From Candidatus Acetothermia bacterium (GTDB lineage Bacteria > Bipolaricaulota > Bipolaricaulia > RBG-16-55-9 > DRXL01): a stretch of DNA of 64,000 nt. The position numbers and the translations under genes are program-made. Shown one piece after another: positions 46,056-55,697 of the stretch; position 1 is the stretch's first letter; each line of letters opens with the position of its first letter. The DNA lies in contig JAJHSH010000067.1 of NCBI GenBank assembly GCA_022683945.1, forward strand, positions 2,085 to 66,084, in the 5' to 3' direction. The notes under the pieces are model-generated. The model saw nothing but the letters and a program-made list of their open reading frames with translations. It had not been told where the DNA came from and did not search any database.

Positions 46056-46121
46056 ATGAGAGCTATCAAATTTATAGCGTTGTTGCTCATCGTGGCTTTA
46101 GGGACAAGCTCACAAGCCTAG
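46056..46121 (+). CDS. Candidate 21-aa hydrophobic mini-protein (MRAIKFIALLLIVALGTSSQA)
   Basis: ATG preceded by GAGAGG 6 nt upstream; signal-peptide/TM-like peptide in the 160-nt intergenic gap. Speculative. Confidence 0.2.
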   Translation: MRAIKFIALLLIVALGTSSQA

Positions 46122-46145
46122 CCCGGTCAACAGAGAGGACTCGCT

Positions 46146-46388
46146 ATGATCTTTCGATACGATGCTGAAACAGATATGCTCTACGTCGAGCTCAAAAATG
46201 TTCCCAGCGTGGAGTCCGACGAGATCGCACCGGGGATTGTTTTCGATTTTGATGCAACCGGGCAAGTGATCGGCATAGAAATTGAAGACGCAAGCAAAAA
46301 TGTTGATCTCTCTAAACTCGAGATCACAGCTCTGCCCTTCGCTGATCTCATTGTGAGCTCAGGGCACGTCCATGCAGATCGCCATTGA
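46146..46388 (+). CDS. DUF2283-family small protein
   Basis: 80 aa; MIFRYDAETDMLYVEL... is a typical DUF2283 N-terminus. Confidence 0.5.
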   Translation: MIFRYDAETDMLYVELKNVPSVESDEIAPGIVFDFDATGQVIGIEIEDASKNVDLSKLEITALPFADLIVSSGHVHADRH

Positions 46389-47004
46389 CGGCCCCGCCGG
46401 GGCGGGCAAAACGAGCGTCGCACGCGCGCTCGCTCAACACTTTCAGTGTCTGTTGGTCAACACCGGCGCGATGTACCGCGCCGTCGCCTTGGGCCTCTCA
46501 CAAAATCTTCAGCTCTCCGATGTCCATATAGACGTCCTCCCCCGCGAACGCCTCCTGCTCAATGGCGAAGATGTCACCGAGCAGCTCTACACCCCAGAGA
46601 TGGACGAACTCGCTTCTCAGATCGCTGCGCGTCCCGATGTCCGAGAGGTTCTTATTGCAAAGCAGCGCCAGATCGCTCAGCGCCAGAGCGTCGTCATGGA
46701 AGGACGCGACATCACGACGGTTGTGCTGCCCGACGCCGATGTCAAGCTCTTCTTAGAAGCTTCTGTCGAAGCACGTGCCCAACGCCGCGCCCGCGAACGC
46801 GGCGAAGAGTATCACAGCATCTTGGAGCAGATCCGCGAGCGCGACCAGCGCGACGGACAGAGCTTTGCACGCTTGCAGATCACGCCGAAGACCATCGTCC
46901 TCAACACCGATCATAAGAGCTTGGACGAAGTCGTGGCTCTGGCTATAAAAGCCGTCCAGCGTGCGTTGCAAGGGCGCAATATTTCTGGTAAACTGAGCCA
47001 ATGA
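46372..47004 (+). CDS. cmk: Cytidylate kinase
   Basis: IAIDGPAGAGKTSVARALA P-loop and full-length Cmk similarity. Confidence 0.9.
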   Translation: MQIAIDGPAGAGKTSVARALAQHFQCLLVNTGAMYRAVALGLSQNLQLSDVHIDVLPRERLLLNGEDVTEQLYTPEMDELASQIAARPDVREVLIAKQRQIAQRQSVVMEGRDITTVVLPDADVKLFLEASVEARAQRRARERGEEYHSILEQIRERDQRDGQSFARLQITPKTIVLNTDHKSLDEVVALAIKAVQRALQGRNISGKLSQ

Positions 47005-47648
47005 AAGAGGCTCTCAAAGATGGGTTCTATCGTCTCTTGGTGATCCTCGCCTATGGGGTTGTGCGTGTGCTCTTTCGCCTGAGGGTTCACGGGAGAGAGA
47101 ATCTGCCCGCCGAGGGCGGTTTTCTGCTCGTCGCGCGCCACAGCAGCTATTGGGATATTCTGTTGGTCGCTGCGGCGGTGGGGAGCCGGCACCGTGTCTA
47201 TTTTGTGGCTCGACATACGCTGTTGCAGGAGAACCAGTTTCTGGCGTTCTTCGTGCGGCTCTTTGCTATTACTATAGATCGTGAGAACTTTCGACTGGAG
47301 GACTTTCGCAAGGTGATTCAGGCGCTTCGTGAGCGAAAGATCGTGGGGATCTTCCCGGAGGGGACGACGCGCAATCCCCAGCGCGCACATCCGGGAGTGA
47401 TTCGCTTCGCTGAACGCACCGCCAGCGAGATCGTGCCGGTGCGTCTGGAGGCCCGCGGACACTATCCGCCTCGGTATCCCTTTCGTTGGCCGCAGATCAC
47501 GGCACATATCGGCGCGCCCCTCAGCTTGCGAGACTTAGAGTTCGATCTGGGAGAGATTTCAGACCGTCACGAACGCTATCAGAAGCTCGCAGACTTACTG
47601 ATGGAGCGCGTAGATCACACGCGCGTCAAACAGGAGGCGCGCACATGA
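47001..47648 (+). CDS. plsC: 1-acyl-sn-glycerol-3-phosphate acyltransferase
   Basis: H(x4)D-like acyltransferase motif region (ARHSSYWD) and FPEGTT. Confidence 0.75.
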   Translation: MKEALKDGFYRLLVILAYGVVRVLFRLRVHGRENLPAEGGFLLVARHSSYWDILLVAAAVGSRHRVYFVARHTLLQENQFLAFFVRLFAITIDRENFRLEDFRKVIQALRERKIVGIFPEGTTRNPQRAHPGVIRFAERTASEIVPVRLEARGHYPPRYPFRWPQITAHIGAPLSLRDLEFDLGEISDRHERYQKLADLLMERVDHTRVKQEART

Positions 47649-48568
47649 CTGAAATCGAAGTTCAGGTTAATAAGCCGATCATCGAGATCGCCAGCAGCGC
47701 CGGCTGGTGCTTCGGCGTCGAGCGCATCGTTGAGATGGCCGAGAAGCTCTTGGCGCAGCGCGCTCCCGATGAACTCGTCTATTGCTTGGGCGAGCTCATC
47801 CATAACCCTCAAGAGGTCGAGCGACTGCACGCGCGGGGCATGGTCTTTGTGAAATCTCACGACGATCTGCCGCCGTTAGCGCCGGGGACGCGCCGCAAAG
47901 TCTTAATTCGCGCTCACGGCGTCGCCCCAGCGGTCAAGAAGATCCTCCGCGAGAAGGGCTATGAGATCTTCGATGGGACGTGCCCGTTGGTGACGATCCC
48001 CCATCGCTTCGCGCGCGAGATTGTCGAGCAGGGCTATCGCTTAGTAATTATGGGCGATCGTGAACACCCGGAGATCCAGGGGATCTTGGGAGAATTAGAG
48101 GGCTTAAGCGTCCGTGTGGATGTGATCCCCGGCCCGGAAACCGAAGCTATAAAAGCGTTGCAGCTCAAAGCTTCAGACAGGGTCGGTTTGATCTCGCAGA
48201 CGACGCATCCGTTCGAGAAATTTGCCCAACTCATCGGCGAAGTTTTGAAGCACTCTCTCGAAGTCAAAGCGTACAATACGATCTGTCAAGCGACCTTTGA
48301 TCGTCAAGATGCGATCCGCGAGCTGGCGCAGCGCTGCGACTTGGTGATCGTCATCGGGGGTCGCAACAGCTCCAATACCTGTCGTCTGGCCGAGATCGCA
48401 TCGCAGTACACAGTCTGCTATCATATTGAAGACGCCTCAGAACTGAAAGGAGCGTGGTTGCAGGGAAAGAGACGCATCGGGATTTCGGCGGGGGCTTCCA
48501 CCCCCACGCGCTGTATCGAAGAGGTCAGGGCAACTATTGAACACTTAAGCGAATCGGGACGTCTATGA
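47645..48568 (+). CDS. ispH: 4-hydroxy-3-methylbut-2-enyl diphosphate reductase
   Basis: Start at Met 54 of the ORF-track call (ATGA overlap with the plsC stop). LytB fold with three conserved Cys (GWCFGVER; DGTCPLV; NTICQATFDRQ). Confidence 0.9.
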   Translation: MTEIEVQVNKPIIEIASSAGWCFGVERIVEMAEKLLAQRAPDELVYCLGELIHNPQEVERLHARGMVFVKSHDDLPPLAPGTRRKVLIRAHGVAPAVKKILREKGYEIFDGTCPLVTIPHRFAREIVEQGYRLVIMGDREHPEIQGILGELEGLSVRVDVIPGPETEAIKALQLKASDRVGLISQTTHPFEKFAQLIGEVLKHSLEVKAYNTICQATFDRQDAIRELAQRCDLVIVIGGRNSSNTCRLAEIASQYTVCYHIEDASELKGAWLQGKRRIGISAGASTPTRCIEEVRATIEHLSESGRL

Positions 48569-48582
48569 GGGGTGATCCGAGC

Positions 48583-50277
48583 ATGTCCGAGTTGGAGCAG
48601 AACGCCGTGAGCGAGCCGTCGCAGATGGAAGTCTTGTTGGACAACCAAGATGTCTTGACGTACTCCCGTGGGGACATCTTGCAGGGACGTGTCGTGCAGG
48701 TGAACGAGACGAACGTGTTGGTGGACATCGGCTACAAGTCCGAAGCGATCATGAGGCCGACGGAGTTGGCCCCCTTTCGCAAAGAAGTCCAGCCCGAAGA
48801 CGAGATCGAAGTCCTCATCACCTATATTGACGAAGAAGAGGGCACGATCTATGTCTCTGAAAAAGCCGCGCTCTACGAGAAGCGCATCAGCGAATTAGAG
48901 CGCGCCTATCGTCACAAGCTCCCGATCACAGGAATGGTCGAAGATGAGGTCAAGGGCGCAGGGTATCACGTGAATCTCCTGAGGGGGATTCGCGCCTTCC
49001 TGCCCGGCTCCCATTTGGGAGACGATCTGTCGCCGAAGCTGGAGGAATTAAAGAACAAAGAGCTGCCGTTCTTAATCTTGGAACTCGATCGTCGCGAGCG
49101 CAATCTGGTCGTCTCGCACCGCGAATATCTCAAGCAGCTCGAGCGACAGAAGAAAGAAGAGCTTTTTAGCAAATTGCAGCCGGGCCAAGTGATCGAAGGG
49201 GCCATCAAGAGCATTGTGGACTTCGGGCTCTTTGTGGATGTCGGCGGTTTTGAGGGGCTGGTGCATCGTTCGGAGATCAGCTGGAAAGATCTGCCCGTCC
49301 CTCCGAGCACTTACAAAGTCGGCGACAGAGTCACCGTCAAGATTTTGGGAGTTGATCGGAGCAAAGATAGAATATCGCTTTCGATCAAGCAGCTGCGCCC
49401 CGATCCGTGGATTGGGCTCAAGCAGCGCTACCCCGCCGGGACGAAGACCGCGGGCACGATCGTCAGCTTGACGGACTTTGGCGCGTTCGCGCGCATTGCT
49501 GAAGACATCGAGGGTCTGGTGCATATCTCCGAGCTCTCTTGGGGGTATCCGCAACACCCGAAAGAGGTCGTCAAGGTCGGCCAGCCCGTTGAAGTGGTTG
49601 TGCTGGATGTCAACGAGACGGATCGCCGCGTGAGCCTCTCGATGAAGCGCGCACAGCCCGACCCGTGGGCCAGCATCGAAGAGAAATATCCCGAGGGCAA
49701 GACTGTGCAGGGCAAGGTGACCAAACTCGTCGAGTTTGGCGCGTTCGTTGAATTAGAACAAGGTGTCGAAGCGCTCTTGCATATTTCGGAGATGAGCTGG
49801 GACAAAGTCAATAAGCCCAGCGAGGTCGTGAAAGAGAGCCAAGAGATCACGGCCAAAGTCATCAAATCCGATTCGAGCAAGCGCAAGATCCGTCTGAGCT
49901 TGCGTGAGATGCAAGAAGATCCCTGGCACAAGTTCTTGGAGCAGTACGCCGTAGGAAGCGCCGTCGAAGGCCCGATCACCGAGATCAAAGATTTCGGGGC
50001 GTTTATGAAGATCACCGACGATGTCGAAGGACTGATTCACGTCTCGGAGATCACCGACGAGCGCATTGCCACCCCAAGAGACGCGCTGCAATCGGGGCAG
50101 GTCGTCAAGGCGCGCATCATTGGGATCAACGAAGAGAAGCGTCAAGTGCGACTCTCGATGCGCACCGCGCAGGCGCAAGAGCGTCTGGTGCGCTCGGAAG
50201 ATTCGGGCCATGAAGTGGTCACGATGGGCGAGCGCATTAAGGGCTTGAAAGAGCTGAAAGAGAAGTTTGGCGCGTGA
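48583..50277 (+). CDS. rpsA: 30S ribosomal protein S1
   Basis: Six S1 domains (repeated G.V..I.DFGAFV..., GL.H.SE.SW). Start at MSELEQ (GAGGGG RBS) or at ATG 48565 overlapping the ispH stop. Confidence 0.9.
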   Translation: MSELEQNAVSEPSQMEVLLDNQDVLTYSRGDILQGRVVQVNETNVLVDIGYKSEAIMRPTELAPFRKEVQPEDEIEVLITYIDEEEGTIYVSEKAALYEKRISELERAYRHKLPITGMVEDEVKGAGYHVNLLRGIRAFLPGSHLGDDLSPKLEELKNKELPFLILELDRRERNLVVSHREYLKQLERQKKEELFSKLQPGQVIEGAIKSIVDFGLFVDVGGFEGLVHRSEISWKDLPVPPSTYKVGDRVTVKILGVDRSKDRISLSIKQLRPDPWIGLKQRYPAGTKTAGTIVSLTDFGAFARIAEDIEGLVHISELSWGYPQHPKEVVKVGQPVEVVVLDVNETDRRVSLSMKRAQPDPWASIEEKYPEGKTVQGKVTKLVEFGAFVELEQGVEALLHISEMSWDKVNKPSEVVKESQEITAKVIKSDSSKRKIRLSLREMQEDPWHKFLEQYAVGSAVEGPITEIKDFGAFMKITDDVEGLIHVSEITDERIATPRDALQSGQVVKARIIGINEEKRQVRLSMRTAQAQERLVRSEDSGHEVVTMGERIKGLKELKEKFGA

Positions 50278-50863
50278 AATCGCAGCGGCGGCTCTCTGCT
50301 ATCTTCTTGGGGCGATCCCGTTTAGCTATATAGCGGGACGTCTCAAGGGGTTAGATGTTCGTCAGGTGGGCAGCGGCAATGTGGGGGCCACGAACGTCAC
50401 GCGCGTGGTGGGAGTGGGCTACGGTCTATTGGCTCTGCTGGGAGACGTGGGCAAGGGAGTCGTAGCCGCATGGCTGACGAGCGCTTGGCAAGTCCCCCTC
50501 TGGATCGCAGGTTTTTCGGTGATTGGCCACAATTGGAGTGTTTTTCTGAGATTCACCGGGGGCAAGGGTGTGGCGACGACCGTAGGGTTGATGTTGGGAT
50601 TCGCGCTCTGGCCTACGCTGCTCGTCGCTATAGTTATCTGGATCGCGACGGCGCTTCTGACACAATATGTCGCGGTCGGCTCGATGGCAGCGTTGCTGCT
50701 TGCTCCGGGAGCGCTCTATCTTTTTCAAACGCCGGCGAGCGCTGCCAATTTAGAACTGATCGGGCTTTTCTTAGTGCTGGGTCTGCTCACGATCTGGCAA
50801 CACCGAAGCAACATCACCCGAATCGCGCAGGGAAGAGAGGGACGGATTCTTAAGAAACCATAA
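50267..50863 (+). CDS. plsY: Glycerol-3-phosphate acyltransferase PlsY
   Basis: GAIPFSYIAGRLKGLDVRQVGSGNVGATNVTRVVG signature; TTG start overlapping the rpsA end. Confidence 0.85.
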   Translation: MAREIAAAALCYLLGAIPFSYIAGRLKGLDVRQVGSGNVGATNVTRVVGVGYGLLALLGDVGKGVVAAWLTSAWQVPLWIAGFSVIGHNWSVFLRFTGGKGVATTVGLMLGFALWPTLLVAIVIWIATALLTQYVAVGSMAALLLAPGALYLFQTPASAANLELIGLFLVLGLLTIWQHRSNITRIAQGREGRILKKP

Positions 50864-50952
50864 AGCCGTGCTCCTACGCTTGCTCAGTGGAGTATCTTGG
50901 TAGTGGAAGGTAGCTTTGTAAAACTAGAAAGCGGGTGCAACGAGCATAAATT

Positions 50953-52104
50953 ATGCCCAAAACAAGCTATGCTATTGTGGTCTTGCCCGGCGACGGCGTC
51001 GGGCCGGAGGTCATCGCCCAAGCGTTGAAGATCTTGCGTACCGTAGGCGATCAGGCTCAGATTCGCTTTGATATTGAAGAGATCCCCTGCGGCGGCTGGT
51101 ACTATGCCCAATACGAGAGAGAGTGGCCCGATGGGTCTTTTGAGAAGTGCCAAAAAGCCGACGCGATTCTGCTCGGCGCGGTCGGCCACGAGATAGATGG
51201 CCAGACCGTCTTCACCAAGCCGGGAAAACCCTACCCCACGCCGCAGCTCGCCGGCTACGCCCAAGTCATCGGGAACCGACAGAAACTGAATCTCTACGCT
51301 AATGTGCGTCCAGTCAAGCTCTACCCCGGCGTGAAGATCAAAATTTCGGGAGAGTTCCAAGAGATCTGGAAACCCCAGAACGTTGACTACGTTGTCGTGC
51401 GCGAAAACACCGAAGACGCCTATACCGGAGAGACTCAGACTCTCCCAGATGGCCGCATGACGCCGATGCGCATCACCAAGAACGCAACCGAACGAGTCGT
51501 GCGCTTCGCGTTTCGCTTGGCGCAACGGCGCAAGGGCAAAGTCACGTGTGTAGATAAATCCAATATTATCGGGGCGCACAAATTCTTTCGCGATCTCTTT
51601 ACGGAAATCGGGCGAAACGAATTTCCCGAGATTCAGTTGGACTACGCGTATTTCGATGCGTTCTGTCAGTGGCAGATTCGCAACCCCGAATGGTACGATG
51701 TCGTCGTCGCGCCCAACTTAGTGGGCGATGTCATCAGCGACAATGCTGCCACGACCCAAGGGGGATTGGGGATGGCTGCCGGGGGCAATATCGGCGATGA
51801 GCACGCGATGTTTGAGCCGATTCACGGCAGCGCTCCCAAGCACGCAGGCAAAGACAAAGTGAATCCCATCGCGGCGATCCTGACGACCAAGATGATGCTA
51901 GATTGGCTGGGAAACAAACATCAAGACGAGCGTTTGGAGCAAGCGGCCCAAGCGATAGAACGTGCGGTCGTCGCCGTGCTCGCCGCGGGTCAGCCGTTGA
52001 CGTACGATCTGGTCGGTGAAGAGCGCGCCGCCCGCTGCAGCGAAGTCGGCGATGCTATTGATCATCATCTCTCACTCTTCCTAAGAGGGAGAGGGTCGGG
52101 GTGA
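50953..52104 (+). CDS. Isocitrate/isopropylmalate dehydrogenase family protein (LeuB/tartrate-DH-like)
   Basis: N-terminus IVVLPGDGVGPEV and NLVGDVISDNAATTQGGLGMAAGGNIGDEHAMFEPIHGSAPKHAGKDKVNPIAAILTTKMML. The last 10-15 codons (HHLSLFLRGRGSG) are translated from a GC-rich repeat and may be a spurious extension. Confidence 0.8.
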   Translation: MPKTSYAIVVLPGDGVGPEVIAQALKILRTVGDQAQIRFDIEEIPCGGWYYAQYEREWPDGSFEKCQKADAILLGAVGHEIDGQTVFTKPGKPYPTPQLAGYAQVIGNRQKLNLYANVRPVKLYPGVKIKISGEFQEIWKPQNVDYVVVRENTEDAYTGETQTLPDGRMTPMRITKNATERVVRFAFRLAQRRKGKVTCVDKSNIIGAHKFFRDLFTEIGRNEFPEIQLDYAYFDAFCQWQIRNPEWYDVVVAPNLVGDVISDNAATTQGGLGMAAGGNIGDEHAMFEPIHGSAPKHAGKDKVNPIAAILTTKMMLDWLGNKHQDERLEQAAQAIERAVVAVLAAGQPLTYDLVGEERAARCSEVGDAIDHHLSLFLRGRGSG

Positions 52105-52108
52105 GGGT

Positions 52109-52303
52109 GTGAACTGGCGCTTCTGGCTAGTGCTCTTGGTCTTCGGCGGACTCTTAGCTCTAGGCGTGCGCTATTTTATCTTACGACGCCAACAGAGCAG
52201 CGACTTTCAGAAGTGTCCTCACTGCCGAAGCACCTATCGCGGCGAGCTCACTTACTGCCCCCATTGTGGGGGCTTGGTCACTCGCTGGTCTAATCGTCGT
52301 TAG
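52109..52303 (+). CDS. Small membrane-anchored zinc-ribbon protein (CPHC...CPHC)
   Basis: 64 aa: N-terminal TM helix, then CxxC-x14-CxxC. Confidence 0.35.
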   Translation: MNWRFWLVLLVFGGLLALGVRYFILRRQQSSDFQKCPHCRSTYRGELTYCPHCGGLVTRWSNRR

Positions 52304-53019
52304 GGGACTTCTACGATAGTGCTGAGCGCAAGCTCGGCAGCTTCGCTGCGCCACGCAGCGCGGCCATCTCCGTCGAGCTTGCTCCTGCCGGAATCTTCTA
52401 TCGTTACGCTGTAGCTCCATTCTTTGGTCATATCTTTCAGGAGCCAGAGAATCATGAACTCAAGTCGCTCAGGCGAAGTAAGCGGATAGGCGGGCAGCTC
52501 GCGCCAGAAGAAATACTCGATGTCGCGCTTCGCCGTGACGCGCAAGCGAACCTCGACCGTCTCGCCCACTTTGAGAGTTCGGTTGGGCAGTACGCGTTCG
52601 ACGATCATTAAGTCGTTCTCGGCACGCTCGATTCTATAAGGCGGCGGAGGCGGCTCCAGCACGGTGATCTCCACCTTCGCTATAGATTTTTGGCCCTTTT
52701 GGTCATAGACCGTCAGTTTGATCTCATAGCGTCCGGGTCTCTCATATGTTGTCTCGACACGCGTCCCAGTTGCTTCGCGCCCATTGCCCAAACTCCAGTG
52801 GATTAAGATAATCTCGCGGTCGTCGGTCGAAGCCGAGGCGTCGAGGGCGATCTTCAAAGGAGCCAGTCCCGATCGTTCACTCTGGCATGTAGCGCACTGA
52901 AATGTAATGGCGGCTATCGGCGGTTGATCAGGTTTCTCTCCAATTCGTACAGGCTGTGTACAGCCCGTCAATCCCAACGCCGTCAGTATCGCTAGGCTTA
53001 GATGCTTGCTCAGTTTCAT
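52300..53019 (-). CDS. Lipoprotein with PKD domain
   Basis: Lipobox LTGC after the signal peptide; LDASASTDDREIILIHWSLGNG...TYERPGRYEIKLTVYDQKG PKD pattern. Confidence 0.55.
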   Translation of the reverse strand: MKLSKHLSLAILTALGLTGCTQPVRIGEKPDQPPIAAITFQCATCQSERSGLAPLKIALDASASTDDREIILIHWSLGNGREATGTRVETTYERPGRYEIKLTVYDQKGQKSIAKVEITVLEPPPPPYRIERAENDLMIVERVLPNRTLKVGETVEVRLRVTAKRDIEYFFWRELPAYPLTSPERLEFMILWLLKDMTKEWSYSVTIEDSGRSKLDGDGRAAWRSEAAELALSTIVEVP

Positions 53020-53232
53020 CGAGATCTCTCCTTGTGTTCTCGCTTTCTCCTCACACTACAAAGAAGACCAACAGAGGGACACCCCCAGTGTGCAAGAGCC
53101 AACGTGACGTTGATCACTTCAGGAGATGCCCTGGGGGTCTTGCTTTCCCCTCTGGGGACTGTAACGCGGATCACAGAGATTGATTTCACTACGGGATTTC
53201 CTCTAAAATTAAGAAAAATTTGGGGGGATGCT

Positions 53233-53592
53233 GTGAAGCAGAAAGAATTGATAGCGAAATTAGTTAAGCGGAGCGGTCTTCGCCGGGAGTCTGTTCGGAT
53301 CTTGCTAAAGGCTTTCTTCGAGGTCGTGGGTGAAGAGCTCGCCAAGGGGGAGCCCGTGAGATTGCGCGACTTTGGAGCTTTTCTGCCGATGGTCTGGCGT
53401 CATAAGCGCCGGTGGCACACGGCACGGAAAGACATTCTCCCCTCGACTCCTCTGGTCGTTCCGCGCTTCCGACCGGGCCAGCCGTTGCGCGATCTCGTCG
53501 CTCAAAAATTAACGGCTGTTCAGCTGCCCAACGGGCGGTTTATCATCATGCCGCGAGAACCAGAAAAATCGGAAGAGACGAAAAAGAGATAA
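53233..53592 (+). CDS. HU/IHF-family DNA-binding protein with basic C-terminal extension
   Basis: GTG 53233 (GGGGGGA upstream). KELIAKLVKRSGLRRESVRILLKAFFEVVGEELAKGEPVRLRDFGAF..., then arm region RFRPGQPLRDLV. Confidence 0.65.
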   Translation: MKQKELIAKLVKRSGLRRESVRILLKAFFEVVGEELAKGEPVRLRDFGAFLPMVWRHKRRWHTARKDILPSTPLVVPRFRPGQPLRDLVAQKLTAVQLPNGRFIIMPREPEKSEETKKR

Positions 53593-53625
53593 GTAGGGGC
53601 AGGGTTACCCTGCCCCTACAGGAAC

Positions 53626-54894
53626 TTAGCACGAGAACCCAGATGCGCAGGTGGTCAGCGCGCCGAGTTCGTCTGATCTTTGGACGTTGGCCATAGGACT
53701 ATAGACGAAGCTGGTGCCCGCAGAGTTGCCTCCCCACAGGATGCCATAAAGCTGCACATCGTTGGCGCTGGGAGAGTTGGTAATCCTAAAGACGGGCGAC
53801 CCGCTGTCGCCGGAGCCGACGCTCGCGCCTACGAAGTCCTGACAGAGCTGGACGATATTGGTGCCTGACACCGCTACATTGACACAGCTGTTGGTCACGT
53901 TCCCTTGAGACCAGCCCGTCGTTCGCCCCACTTTGTTGAGGGTCTCCCCAACAAGCGCGTTGGAGGTCGCTTCGCTAACGACGCGATAGCTGCCCGCAAT
54001 CGTGATCGAGCCCAAGGCCGTCGTCCGTTCGATATAGCCCAGATCGGCAGTGACCCCGGAAGCCAATTGGGAGAAGGCGCTGTCGCTGTAACGACAGACC
54101 TTTCCTCTGGGGCAGACTCCCCCTTTGAAGTACCTCGGATCGGCGATCTCGGTGCCAATAAAATTATCTGTCGCTACAGATGGTTGATAGTGCTTGGTGC
54201 TTTCCACGCCACCCTGTTTGTCCGTGCAGTGTGAATTGGTCACGATGCCCGGAACTCCGGCACGAATCCCGTTGAAGCCCAGCGTGCAGAGATAAAGCGA
54301 GAAAGCGATCTGCAAGCCCCCTTGGAGCGGGCGGATTCGGTCGCGCAAGGTGGCCATCAGCACCACGGGTTCGGCCTCTTCGATGGCGACGGCGTCGCGC
54401 GGCACGCCGAGCTTATCGAGCTTCTTTTCAATGTTGTCCTTCAAGCCAGCAATTTCGATGCCGACTTTCAGCATATTGCGCGTCTCGTCAATGTCGGTGA
54501 AGACCACACCGCCATCTTCAAAGAGCGCCATCAGCTTGTCATGCCAGTTCTTCAGCTGGCCGAAGCTATAGCGCCCCTGCAGAGGCTTCATCTGAGAAGC
54601 CGTGCGCTCCGCGCCCAGCACTTCTGCAATAGCAGCTTCTACGGCGTTTCGCTGAGCGAGATCTACCAAATAGACATTGAGCGTTCCCGTCTCATCTAGG
54701 AACATGCCCCCGAAGGCCGGCGCTCGCTGAGCTATCGCTGTGAAGAGCCGATCTAAGGGAGCCGGGCCCTTTATATCTAACGGATCGGGGAAGAGCCCCT
54801 TCTCCGTAGGCCCGAACTGCCAGAACGCGCATCCCCCGACTAACGTGACCACCAAGACGGCTACGAGACCGAGTGCGACAAACCTCCTCGTCAT
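53626..54894 (-). CDS. Secreted/lipid-anchored S1-family serine protease (alpha-lytic protease/streptogrisin-like) with pro-domain
   Basis: Signal peptide with LVGGC lipobox-like end; catalytic-triad motifs TNSHC (His) and GDSGSPV (Ser); about 170-aa pro-region. Confidence 0.8.
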   Translation of the reverse strand: MTRRFVALGLVAVLVVTLVGGCAFWQFGPTEKGLFPDPLDIKGPAPLDRLFTAIAQRAPAFGGMFLDETGTLNVYLVDLAQRNAVEAAIAEVLGAERTASQMKPLQGRYSFGQLKNWHDKLMALFEDGGVVFTDIDETRNMLKVGIEIAGLKDNIEKKLDKLGVPRDAVAIEEAEPVVLMATLRDRIRPLQGGLQIAFSLYLCTLGFNGIRAGVPGIVTNSHCTDKQGGVESTKHYQPSVATDNFIGTEIADPRYFKGGVCPRGKVCRYSDSAFSQLASGVTADLGYIERTTALGSITIAGSYRVVSEATSNALVGETLNKVGRTTGWSQGNVTNSCVNVAVSGTNIVQLCQDFVGASVGSGDSGSPVFRITNSPSANDVQLYGILWGGNSAGTSFVYSPMANVQRSDELGALTTCASGFSC

Positions 54895-54975
54895 AGAGCC
54901 TCCTTTTGTCCTATGCAAGGGTTAAAAACTGTTAATGGGTAGATACTATCACAAAGCAGGTGTTTGTGTCAAGTC

Positions 54976-55695
54976 CTACAGAACCCCAGAGTAGATCAGC
55001 TGATACCAGATCAGATAGAGCCCGATCCCCAGCAAGACCCACGCGCTGATCGCCCGCACGTATGGGATTACTCTTTGAAAGTATTGCTGAATCAGTTCAC
55101 GGGCATAAACCACTAAGAGGGAGAAAGAGAGCATCATCAGCGTCATGCCTCCAGCATAGGCGAAGAAGTTCGCCAGCCCTCCTATCCCATAAGCAGTAAA
55201 CGCCGTCAATGTCACGGAGAGAAAGAGCGGCAACGTGCAGCCCAGCGAGCCAATGGCATAGCTGATGCCATAAAAATAATAATAGAGCAAGCTGTGCTCA
55301 GAGGGTCTGCGCCCACCGCGCAGCTTATTTGCCAAGCCCGCTACAGGTAAGCCCGGCGAAAAATCTCTCTTCAGAAGCATCGTCGCGCCTAAGAGCATCA
55401 ACAGCGCGCCAACAAGAGCGCCAATCCACGGAGCGTAGGCGATCAAAGAGCGCGAAAGCACCTGACCCGCCAATATAAGCGCCAAGCCCAGCCCAGCGAA
55501 GACCGTGAAAAAACCTGCGCTCATGATCGTCCCCAGCTTCAGACCCTGCAGGCCGCGCTCCAGCCAAGAAGATCTCTCACTCTGAGCTTGTCCCAGATAG
55601 TACGCGACATACGCCGGGAGGAGCGCAAAACCACACGGGTTGAAAAACGCCAAGATACCCACACCCAAGGCGTAGCCCAGCAGCGTTCCGTCCAC
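54976..55695 (-). CDS. ccdA: Cytochrome c-type biogenesis protein CcdA (DsbD transmembrane domain family)
   Basis: FFNPCGFALLPAYVAYYLG with conserved Cys, second Cys in GSLGCTLPLF, about 6 TM. Confidence 0.85.
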   Translation of the reverse strand: MDGTLLGYALGVGILAFFNPCGFALLPAYVAYYLGQAQSERSSWLERGLQGLKLGTIMSAGFFTVFAGLGLALILAGQVLSRSLIAYAPWIGALVGALLMLLGATMLLKRDFSPGLPVAGLANKLRGGRRPSEHSLLYYYFYGISYAIGSLGCTLPLFLSVTLTAFTAYGIGGLANFFAYAGGMTLMMLSFSLLVVYARELIQQYFQRVIPYVRAISAWVLLGIGLYLIWYQLIYSGVL

Positions 55696-55697
55696 GT

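Noticed and set aside
50884-51579. 231-aa minus-strand ORF
   Set aside because: Antisense to the IDH-family gene.
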